This document shows positions 36,701 to 47,494 of a stretch of DNA of 64,000 nucleotides, in pieces; position 1 is the first letter of the stretch; every line of letters starts with the position of its first letter. Source of the stretch: Paraphysomonas bandaiensis (lineage: Eukaryota > Protista > Chrysophyceae); assembly GCA_965644295.1 (NCBI GenBank), contig CBFFRP010000210.1, positions 124,001-188,000 of the forward strand. The letters are read 5' to 3'. Made by a program: the position numbers and the translations under genes. Below the pieces are notes generated by a model. It made no database searches. It had not been told where the DNA came from and saw only the letters and a program-made list of their open reading frames with translations.

Positions 36701-38248
36701 TGGACATTGGAGGAGCTTACCTGAATGCCGAGATGACCGGAGAAGAAGTCATTATGGAGCTCGAACCGATGCTGGCCGCTATCCTGAAAAAGATGGACCC
36801 AGCCGTACAGCCATACATAGACGAGCGCGGAAGACTGCTAGTACGATTGGACCGGGCCCTATACGGATGTGTTCAGAGCGCGAAATTGTGGTACGATACA
36901 CTGAGGAATTACCTGGAGAGCATCGGCTTTGCAGTCAACCCCGTAGACCAATGCATTTTCAATCGGACCGTCAACGGAAAACAATGCACAGTGACCCTGT
37001 ACGTAGACGACCTATTAGTGATGTCACAGTGCAAGGAAGACACAGAATGGCTAGTGGCAAAACTGAAACAGCAATACGGCGAGGTGAAACACTGTACCGA
37101 CCATGACATGTCGTATATAGGTATGCACATACATGTACAGGACGGGAAGGCAGTGGTATCGATGAGGGCATACCTGGAGGGAGTGCTCGAGGAGACGGGG
37201 ACCACAGGAGGGACGGCTTCCCCGGCAACAGCATCTCTTTTCACCGAGAAGTCCGAGCAGAAATTGGGCAAGAGAGACGCCGCAGAATTCCACACAGTGG
37301 TGGCAAAGCTGCTATACCTGGCAACAAGGGTGAGGCCGGATATTTTGTTGTCTATTGCGTACCTGGCTACTAGGGTGAAGGACCCGACGCAAAATGACAA
37401 GCAGAAGCTGGGGAGAGTGATGAAGTACCTGGCGGTCACCAAGAACCAAGATTTACACCTGCGGATAGGAGATAAGATTCAGGTAAAAGCGTACATTGAC
37501 GCATCATTTGCGACACATCAGGATGGAAAGGGCCATACCGGAGTGGTGGTCAGCGTGGGGGATGCGGCGGTGCTTTGTCGGTCGACAAAGCAGAAACTGG
37601 TCACCAAGGACTCCACTGAGTCGGAATTGGTCGCACTCTCTGACATGCTGCCGTGTGTGATGAAATTGCATGAGTTCCTGTGTGGTCAGGGGTGTATAAT
37701 GGACTCACCTACAATATTCCAGGACAATGCATCTACTCTCAGCCTCGTAACGAAAGGAGGAGGCAAATACCGATCGAAGTATCTACGAGTAAGGCAGGCT
37801 TTAGTCGAAGAACACCATTATAGGGGAGACGTGAAGCTTCAGTACTTACCTACAGGAGAGATGTTGGCTGATGTGCTGACTAAACCCCTACAAGGAAAAT
37901 TGTTTCGTCATTTGATGTGTCGTATCGTCGGAGAAGCATAGACACATCACAGGGGTGCGTAGAGAAATAAGAGGATGTTCTTTTCAGTTTAGTACTTGAA
38001 GTGACTGTATAAGATATGCATAGGGCACATAGAGGTGTATGGTGTTATGTTATGCAGTGTGTATTGTACGGCTGTAGACTAGAAGCATAATTTTCTCTTA
38101 CTAACGAGTTCTGTAGTAACTGCGAAGAGAACCTTGCTTTTGACTACCTGTAGTGTAGACTGTGTGAAAAGGCAACGGGGGTATTCCGTCCGTTTATTGA
38201 TCTGTAGCATCCGTGACTTCCGACCGAGTACCGTGTTTTTTCTCTGCG
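33757..38248 (+). mobile_element. Copia-type (CoDi-like) LTR retrotransposon with CG...CG termini, frameshifted
   Basis: 291-bp LTRs at 33757-34047 and 37958-38248. 5-bp TSD ACGCA. PPT CACAGGGGTG. Domain order: knuckle CWGCGEPGHRLNEC, protease LLDNQA, integrase, RT (DIGGAYL, LYGCVQSA, YVDD), RNase H (DASF, ADVLTKP). Confidence 0.95.
34047..34062 (+). promoter_or_regulatory. Putative self-priming PBS GTAAGAGAAAATTATG overlapping the first ATG
   Basis: Reverse complement of LTR nt 33886-33900 (15/15) and of 3' LTR nt 38086-38101 (16/16). Confidence 0.7.
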
Positions 38249-38994
38249 ACGCAGGCTGTGTCATACAAGCAGTATAACAATATACAGTCATGTCAACGAC
38301 TCTTATCAAATACGGACTTGGAGAATACTAGCTAACGTACACTTTCATATGTAAGACAACACACTCCAGATATTTAAACATGCAACAGAGGAGCCATATA
38401 AGCTCCTGATAAGTAGGAACTTCTCGTTACTTTGCTTTCAGCGTGCAAGTCCAGTACCTTAGGTGCAAGGAGCTTCACTAACGAGTGACAAACGGTGTAC
38501 TGTGGACCCTGTTGTGCATTGTGCTGCATTGAGCACATATTAGCCTTATGAAGGCCATCAAGTGGTACACGTATACCCACAAATGGAGGTAATAGTCTCT
38601 GGATGCACTTTCTACCCGTGACCAGTGTATGCAGGGTCTATGCAATTCTTCCGATGCGGGTGTGAGGGTCTGCAAGGCCTGTCTCTGACATACTGGTCGC
38701 TGAGGCTGGGTTGCCATGCTAGGAGTCCTATTCAATGCTGAAGAGCTGCAGTCTGAGTACTGGTTCAGGTATGAGAGAGGCTTGAGGCTTTAGTCATCGT
38801 GGAACGAGTTCATTACTTCTGTGTTTTGCTATATGAATAATAATAATATGAGTGATTATTTGTTGTCTACTGATGAATGCGTTATTAATAGTTAGTCGCG
38901 CTCTGCGCTTCCAAGCACAACATTGTAGTCTTGAAGTATCACTTGTAGTAACGCACTATAGCCACGTAAGAAGGGCACGCGAGATGCCACGTGG

Positions 38995-39607
38995 TCACAC
39001 TAACGCAATCCTTCCAGGAATGGTATCATCATACCGTTCTATCTTCCTTGATAATGTTGCATAATCAACATCATCAGGCATCAAGTATAAAGCAACATTC
39101 AAAGGAGCATATTCCTCATTCAACAGACCTTCTCGTAACCGTGTTATTTTTGAGAGCTCCGATATGTCCTGCTGCTGCTCCTGTAGCTCTTTCAGCAGTA
39201 TTTCAAACCGTATTATATAGTCCTTCGCAGTCTCCTCCGGACGCATACGGAAAGAGCCATACTGAGTCAACAGCTCACTGATCTTGTTTTGCTTCCCTCC
39301 AGCAAAGCACTTCTTCAACTCATCAATCATAATATGCGCCTTAAACCTGTTGCTTCCTTTTCCATCAACCTTGAACCCTTTATGTAAAAGATGGAATTTC
39401 TGAAGCGCCTTCGAAGATGTTTGCACGTTCCCCGAAGTCGCTTTCCTTCGGTGGTGGCTCCACCGCTACCTCACTTTGCTCTTTCCTCATGAGGAACTTT
39501 TCGAAGTCTTCAATCCATTGTTCAACATTGCTCTCATTAAACTGTGGAACTACTCCTTTATCCTCCTTCTCTCCTCCTCGCTCGCTACCATATTGAGAAT
39601 TGCTCAT
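38995..39607 (-). mobile_element. Degenerate Copia-like gag (family 3)
   Basis: VPQFNESNVEQW and FRMRPEETAKDYIIRFE..KITRLREGL (UBN2-like gag), frameshifted. Related fragment at 58490-58900. Confidence 0.7.
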
Positions 39608-40330
39608 TTTAAGCTAGATCACAGAGAGAATTTGTCGTAAGACTAGATAGATTTATTAATATCGTTTACACGAAGTTGTGATAACCAACACTAACTCATT
39701 ATAGTCCCTGCATAATATCCTACATATGCGAACCTCTCGTTACTGAACATATCTTGAAAGATCAAACTATTTCTGTTTCTCAATATCATCACAGCATTTG
39801 TATATCACTATATTTCACTGTATTCTCGTACATTGTCTTCAAGTGACATACTGAATATACTAGAATAAGATCCATATTCTAATAAATACCGCATATGGCC
39901 GCATAAGCATGGAGGTAAAGGTGTTAAGGGTGAAAGGGGTAAGCAGGATTCGTTTGCGTTTGGCTGCATTTCAAAAAAATGCCTATCGTGATATCAATGA
40001 TGTAGCTAGTAAAGAATATGATTATCATAGCTTCTGTATGCAGCTAGCTGATCAAGTATATATGTATGCACTAGAACAGAGTACTGCTACTATATAACGT
40101 AGCATTGCAAGACAACTACTTGATTAAATATAATAATGATACGATTAATTTTTTGAGATCTACTTGTGGTTAGCACTTGTGGTTAACCCTAAATATTACC
40201 CAGCCAACGATACTCGCAGGTAGCAATATACTACGCAGTAGAGAGTAAAAGTATCCAATCCTCAATCCGCTCAGTATCTCAGTGAATAACTATCAGACGT
40301 GTTAGACGTAGCCTCACCGCTGGGATGGCT

Positions 40331-42982
40331 TTACACAACCTCATCCAGTGGGCATATGCAATAGAAATAATAATGAGTTGAGGAAATCAGTCCAGCTGCA
40401 ACGTATTGATGGTAAAGTGCCTCTATGTCAATTGCTGCCCCATTGCAAGAGGCCACAGTACCGCTGATATGGGTCCAGCACCCGTGCTCATCCCCCGGCG
40501 AAAGGAGTCCCCCAGAGCGCCATGTCGACATGGCGCACCTCGCTGCGTGTGGAGCCGAACTGCCATACACAATCGTCGGACAACAAACAATAGGTGTGTG
40601 GTAACTTGAAGCCATTTTCAGCAGGCCGCTACCCCAGAGAGCCACAGCAGCGGCACAATACCCCTCACGTTTGTAATTGAAACCAACAAGAGGTATGTTG
40701 GGTGACATGATAGAGGGCGTAGGAGGGGGGGTGGGAGAATGGGAAGGACATAACAACTCCCCTCTCTCCTCAACTACCGCAACATTGTCCCCAAATTCAG
40801 CAACGACAAAAAACGAAATAGACAATATGACGGAAACTGTATCACCTGGCGAGCAGACTGCATCAGGGCATGTGCAAGACACAGATGTCGAGCTGCCACT
40901 GCAAATCCCTTGAGTTGACGTGACGGATACAACTTCACTTGACGTCAACTGGCGCTGGGACTTTGCTGGCTCCCCGAAGAGCTTCGCAATTGAAGTTTTC
41001 ACATTGTGAACTGCACTTACCCCGGATTGTTCGTGGTAGCCACCAGAAAGTAGTTCCAGTAAATGATCCCTGACCAATGTATCGAGTAGTCGAACTTTAT
41101 TCAGCAACAATGACGAATATTCCCGCCCAGTGCAACTATTGAAGGAAAACGATTCCATTGTATACTGCAAGGTCAGCGTGCTAGGTGCATAACAAGACAA
41201 ACTTATAGGTGTTTGTAGTGGCTCATAACTAGAGCTACAATGACCACTGCAGGATAGCAGAGCTGTGGTACTGGATGAGAATGCATTGCCTTGCTTAGCT
41301 GCTTTACCAGCTAAAGCGCGAGCGGCCTTGTCAATAAAATAGATGCACGCGTCGGACGCAAAGCCAGGTAGCCACACACAACCTGCTTTATATACGGATG
41401 TTAAAAGTATGAATGTAGTTGAAATCAAATATTCCTTTCTCGTCAACTCCACTGAGCGATAATAGTCTAATATGTTGCATGTATCACTGTTTAAAGTATG
41501 CTGCATCACATCTTCAATATCGCCCACTTCGGTGATAGGAAGGAATATATCCCGCAAAATATGAACAATCAGGTGCAATTGTTTATCAGACAATGCGGTC
41601 TGAATATCTTCCCAGTCTGCCACTGTTTTGGGGTCATTTAGATAATCAAGATAGCTATTACTACTAGATACATCCAAAGGCATCCCGAGCAAGTAGGAAA
41701 TGACCTCTACTTGGCTGACATTAGATAAAAACAGACTATTGCTGTAATTGTAGGTTGTATGACAAGTTCTCAGGGTTGCGATGAAAGGCTTTGCAATAAT
41801 GAGATCATTACCAATACGGAGGTGCGCCTCCCAGTGACCTAGCACTGTGGCAGGAAAAACAAAATACGCAGACCCCAATGAATTTGACTGACTCTCATTG
41901 CTGAAATATAGAGGTACTTCAATGTCCTGTGGAGGAACAATGCTATCCTTTTCAGTCATATTAACAAATGTCAACCAGTCCAAACAAGTGTCTGTGCATG
42001 ATGTAGCTCCCACGTAAACTAAAGTGATATTCATATCTTGTCCAGGAGAGACACCACACAAAGCTTTGTGGGGATATATATGAAGGTACACTGCCTCGCC
42101 CGCATAGAATAATGGGATGAAATCGTGAGATGTATTATTAATACAACCCATAGCGTCTTTTGCATAACGTTGAGAAGAGGCATAACTTGAATTCAATGAT
42201 AAATCTGCTCTAAAATCACAAAATCCAACTGTTTTCCCGTCAGGTACAAATGGGTCAACATAAGGCTGGTCAATAAGGTTTATATCATCGATTACAAAAC
42301 ATTCACATTTTTTTGAATCACGAGTTTGTTTCTCAACAGATATACGTAACGAATATTCTGAATTATCGGTAGCGTTGCTCACTCCCCAAAGAGGTACAGC
42401 AACCGCAAGTTGAATATATTCAACGTCGTCAAAAGTATTGAAATTAGTCATATTGACAGATGTGCCATCAGTTGCTACTGCTTTAACAAATTTAACATTT
42501 GGCGAGGTGTCAAAAATAGACTGCTGCCATTCGTAAGTACTCCCCATTCCAGTTTTATCGTAAAACTTCAACAACAACTGGTATTTGTTCATTTTCGCCT
42601 TATTCATATATTTCAGTCCAAAGTTCATAAATGTTACGATATGTCCTCTCACTTCTCCGTATTGACCATTGACCAGTTGCACATTAGCTGTTCGTTGAGT
42701 TCGATCACTTGGTAAACAACCTTCAACATTGATATATATGGGCTGTCCGTGTTTGTTATAACGTGAAATGAGAGTCGATTGAGTGAAAGGTATCGCATCA
42801 CTATCATGGAACTCCCAAATATAATCGTCATTAGAAAACAAAGTTTTAACTTGAGTTGTATCTTTATATACGACTGTGTCTTTATGGGATACATCAGTAA
42901 CATTAAAACCTTGAACAGATATGACAACATACGATGAAAGCAGGATCAGCACACTGCATGAATGAAGAAGACAATTGTACAT
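40331..42982 (-). CDS. 883-aa secreted Cys-rich protein of unknown function
   Basis: Long intronless ORF with an N-terminal signal peptide, many NxS/T sites, a Pro/Thr/Ser linker (PSHSPTPPPTPS) and a Cys-rich C-terminal module. Confidence 0.8.
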   Translation of the reverse strand: MYNCLLHSCSVLILLSSYVVISVQGFNVTDVSHKDTVVYKDTTQVKTLFSNDDYIWEFHDSDAIPFTQSTLISRYNKHGQPIYINVEGCLPSDRTQRTANVQLVNGQYGEVRGHIVTFMNFGLKYMNKAKMNKYQLLLKFYDKTGMGSTYEWQQSIFDTSPNVKFVKAVATDGTSVNMTNFNTFDDVEYIQLAVAVPLWGVSNATDNSEYSLRISVEKQTRDSKKCECFVIDDINLIDQPYVDPFVPDGKTVGFCDFRADLSLNSSYASSQRYAKDAMGCINNTSHDFIPLFYAGEAVYLHIYPHKALCGVSPGQDMNITLVYVGATSCTDTCLDWLTFVNMTEKDSIVPPQDIEVPLYFSNESQSNSLGSAYFVFPATVLGHWEAHLRIGNDLIIAKPFIATLRTCHTTYNYSNSLFLSNVSQVEVISYLLGMPLDVSSSNSYLDYLNDPKTVADWEDIQTALSDKQLHLIVHILRDIFLPITEVGDIEDVMQHTLNSDTCNILDYYRSVELTRKEYLISTTFILLTSVYKAGCVWLPGFASDACIYFIDKAARALAGKAAKQGNAFSSSTTALLSCSGHCSSSYEPLQTPISLSCYAPSTLTLQYTMESFSFNSCTGREYSSLLLNKVRLLDTLVRDHLLELLSGGYHEQSGVSAVHNVKTSIAKLFGEPAKSQRQLTSSEVVSVTSTQGICSGSSTSVSCTCPDAVCSPGDTVSVILSISFFVVAEFGDNVAVVEERGELLCPSHSPTPPPTPSIMSPNIPLVGFNYKREGYCAAAVALWGSGLLKMASSYHTPIVCCPTIVYGSSAPHAARCAMSTWRSGGLLSPGDEHGCWTHISGTVASCNGAAIDIEALYHQYVAAGLISSTHYYFYCICPLDEVV

Positions 42983-43986
42983 TCTCTTTATATTAAAATG
43001 ATGGTTGGTATAGAAAGAAAATTAATTAAGAGACACTGATAGTGTAGGAGAATATGCAGAAGAAGGCAGGTGTGTGTGTTCACATATACACACCATATCG
43101 ATATCTTGGTCATATTGTTATATATGGATATACTATCGGCATCCTTTGTGTATTTTTGTTCCAAGATGCCTCGTATATTGAGATAACAATTATCTGTATT
43201 CCAGCTGTAGTTATAGCTCAGTAATATAGAAGATTTTTGATTCAATTTATTTCCGAAAAATAAGATGCCGATACACGTTGGTCATATATGGATACACATA
43301 CTGCTGTATGTACAGTATGTATGCTAAAGAAATCCTTACACACATTCTTAACAAAAAAAAAAAACGATCTATGTAAAACTAAAGTCAGCGTATCGGCATC
43401 CTTTGTATATTTTTGTTCAGAGATGCCTCAAATATTGAGTCAACAATTATCTGTATTCCAGCCGTAGTTGTATTGCAGTAATATAGAGGATTTTTGCTTC
43501 AATTTATTCCCGAAAATAAGATGTTGACTGCCGATATGAGGATTTTCGGGAGTTGTGTAAAATAATTTACTCGAGAAAATTTTTTTCTCTATTGTAGGAA
43601 AAACTATGTAAAATGAACCTAAACTAAAAAATTCCTAGGTTTTTTCACTCAAATATGTCACAAAACTACACATTTTCAAGATAATAATCGGCATATTGTC
43701 CACACAATCCAGAGACACATGTCTGTTAGCTTCACATACAGGATACGATGCGATACTTTTATAGTTATAAGAGGAACGCAGGCTGATATGATCATAACCT
43801 CACTGAGAATACATGAGCTCATAGTTCTTTCATGCCACATGCTGCTGGTTGTTGATTTAGCTGGTGAAAGGTATGGTTAAGTGGCAATCATACAGGAGAG
43901 TTGGTCTATTTCAAAGACAGAGATAGCAGAGTTGATTCCATGACCATAACACCAGAGGGCTCTCAGGTAATACGATCGGATGATAT

Positions 43987-44835
43987 TGTAATATATTCAA
44001 TTTAGTGGTTCGAAGCAGAGCATATGAATATACGCATACTGCAGAGCTGATCATCAGAGAGACTCACATAAGAATAACTCCACTTGAGTGTCATTCTCCT
44101 CTCTGATTTGAAGGTATATACTAATATGATTGTATCATTTATAGATACTTTCTCATAGTGTCCTGTGCGTATTGATGTATATGAAGATACTGTGTTGGAG
44201 CATGTCAATCATTGTTGACGTACAGCATACTCTGCGGAGGAGCCGTATGAACTCGATAATAGAGTTCGGTAATAGAGAGACCCACCCAAGAACTGATATG
44301 TATATACTGATATGAATGTAAGATATACTTTCTCACTGTGTCCTATACGTATTGATGTAAATAAGGACGGTGTATGAAACATGTCAATCATTATCACCTA
44401 GATATAGGGTGCTTTGTATCTTGATATCTACCATCTATCATAAATAGAATATTAGTGCTACCTGTAACACTCTGCAGAGGATGAATACGCCAGCCTATTA
44501 GTAGAATAGTATGTTGACATTACCATGATACCTGGTAATCGTAGGTAGTATATATTGATTATTCATAATAAGATGCAAATTCTTCACTCTGGAAGTTGCT
44601 TGTAAATAGTATTGTAATTGTAGACTTATCCATAGTTGTTGATTTATTGCTATTATGGAAGAAGCGCCATTAAAAGAGGTTCTAAGTTAAGTGCAGCTAT
44701 TGCAGTACTAAGAATGTTGTTGAAAGAAAATGATTCACTAATGGCTGGTTACCCCAATGAAGAATGAGGAGAATGTCAGGAGCGTTGGACTTATGGTTGG
44801 ATTAAATGATGCCAATATCGACATATGATATTGCA
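43987..44835 (+). mobile_element. Diverged solo LTR related to the 2331/59393 family
   Basis: TGTAATAT...ATATTGCA termini. The segment 44538-44660 (ATAATAAGATGCAA..CTCTGGAAGTTGCTTGTA..ATGGA) aligns with the family LTR. No matching TSD. Confidence 0.65.
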
Positions 44836-46211
44836 CTAATACACGTGCCTAATCGTCTCCCTATAGGTGGTATATATAACCTCTACATTTCCTACTGATA
44901 AGTATCCCTATTTATATTAAAATGTACCTATAGGCACTGCCTACATGTATCAATACTACCTACAGGTACTACCTAAAATATAATACCAATACGACCTAGA
45001 GGTACTATAATTAACAACAATAAACACAATATAATATATATATTGCAAAATAGGAAATAATATAAAAACCAGCAATATAGCAGATCTGTATCAATTATGA
45101 AAAGACAAAGCATGTATTCAATTAAAATAAGACGGTATTCGCATTAACATATTACGAAGTAAAAATTAACGGCAATTACTACTTAGAACCTACTAATATA
45201 CATACCACGACAAATCTTAACCAAAGCGTAAACTAGCTCCCAATCACCTGCTAAGAAGCAGAAGCATTGTGCATTTCAGATGTCTTCACCGCCAATCTGA
45301 GTTCAGTTAGCTTCCAAGGTAATGACAACATTTGTTCGTCCAAGCCATCTTACACCGATCTTACACCGAGATAACTTCTGGGGTACGATACTGATACAGA
45401 GGTGTATAGATAGGAAATAATTTATCCAAAATATTATTTCTATTAATTGCATGCATTAATAATACTAATATGAACGCTGCCATTGATGGATATTGAAGAT
45501 GCTAACGGTCACATTACTTGAATCCTTGAATTATCGGGAGAACTTCACAGGATGCACACTGAGCATGCATTCTGCAAAATAACGACTCAAGCAGTATTTT
45601 ATCCTCTTGTAAGGGCCCTCTTCCACTTCACTGTCTCTTCTGAGGGTAATAACCACACACATGACTCAGTTGTCTCAAGCGGTTAAAAGTCATCGTACTG
45701 GTCTTGCACAGCATGAAGCTTGCGGTACAGTGAAGTCATGTCAGTCCATTAACGACTCCATCAATCGTCCTTTGTTTTAATCTGCACGTTGGGTCATAAT
45801 TTCACCCCACAATCGACTGTCTGCGTGTCTATATATGGTCACATGACCCTCATATACACACACTCCTGCCAGTATATACAAAATACATATACCAATAATA
45901 CGTAATTTACACAATTCACTTTTGCGAAATGTTTATAAAAATATAGCTTTTTTTCATAAAAGCCTGATATTTATTATATATATAAAAATCACCCTTTAGA
46001 TAATTGTACCAGCTGCACTGCGATACCACACTGAAACCCCCTCAAGATATAAAGTAGCAAGATCTTTTGGATATTTTAGATATGATCTTGCGCCAAGCGC
46101 CAACACAAGCAAGTCACAAGTCTCTAATTCTTTCACGTTTCTGGGAAATAAGCACAGAGTACAACAGAGACGAACTTAAGGTGAACCTTAGCCTCAACCT
46201 TCTACACATTG

Positions 46212-47135
46212 ATGGACAACAGTATTGCAAACTCCTTTTGGTTATGGTGTATTTGGACAATTTCATTGGAGGCGCTATCCGTCGCACTTATTGCATTAGC
46301 TTATACCTACCTGGACGACTCCTTCGATGATGATGACTGTTACGAAAGAGCCACAGCGATGAATAAGTTCAGTTTCGTATTGAGCAATTCTGCCTTTGTT
46401 GGATTAATTAAAATGCAACATTCTTATTACTATCATACGCCCGACGTGGATAAGCCGAAGAAATGGCTTTGGATTGCAAATGGTTTATTCCTTGTCTTTA
46501 ATGTGACTTACATTGCAGTGAAAACCTTGGAGTTTAGGGAGGTATGTTGCCAAAAAATTAGGTGCTATAATCTAAATAATCCATTCTGACTGTAGTGTGG
46601 TGATCACGGTGTGTACCGGAGAGAGGCCCCGACTACCTTTTGCACGTACATTCTTAATTACGTGGTTATCATATCTGCAACTTATACCATGGCCCGCGTT
46701 GGCATCCTCACGTACTTGACGTCGATGATTCAACTAGCCTTAGGGTTTGTGATTAAATCTCTTTACTTTAATTTGGACAGCGCTGGGAATCTAATATTCA
46801 GTGTCTTTAATATTTTAGTCGCCAACATACTTTTCACTGTCGTAGCGGATAAAACTGCGCAGACGTGTATTGACGACGAAGGGTTGTGGGGATTGGTTGT
46901 GTATGCAGTGTTTATGCTTCCGAAGTATCTGAAGTCAATTTACTACAGCGTGCCATCTGAACAGCGCTATGGAGGGACGAACACTGCTCGTGCGTGGAAC
47001 GCTTTATTCTGGATTGCTTTTGCTTTCGAAATTGTAGTCGGATTGATATCATTGTGCGTGGTGTGTACCCGAAAAGCGGCTTCGGCGAAGGACAATGAGA
47101 AGTCTGATACTCGGTTGCAGAATGACCATTATTAG
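46212..47135 (+). CDS. Multipass (~7 TM) membrane protein, one 54-bp intron (46542-46595)
   Basis: The GAG|GTATG...TAG|TGT junction joins two hydrophobic ORFs in frame. Confidence 0.75.
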
Positions 47136-47494
47136 TAACCCTGTGTGATGGCTTAATGTAAGCATGTCTTACCGAGCGTTAAATCTATCTACCATTACCA
47201 ACTACGGAGTAAGGGTAGTCAGGGGCTATACGCTATAAACCGGTATACCCTTAAGGGTTTTGCCAACTGATTTACCCAAAACTGTAAGCTCTTTAATTAT
47301 AATTAATATCTTGCTCGGAATGTGCCTTCAGCGTCTAGTTTGCCCAGTAGTATCGACAACTCTACCATCACTACTACTGTCCACAGCGACCACAAATTAG
47401 TGCGCATTCGCATGCATAATACTTCTGTGTTGATTAATTTTTACTTACTTAAGGGGGAACGCATACGTGTAATAAGCTAGTTGGGCTTCATGTC

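Noticed and set aside
34910-37442. Antisense ORFs over the Copia pol
   Set aside because: Expected shadow ORFs in GC-richer coding DNA with no independent motifs.
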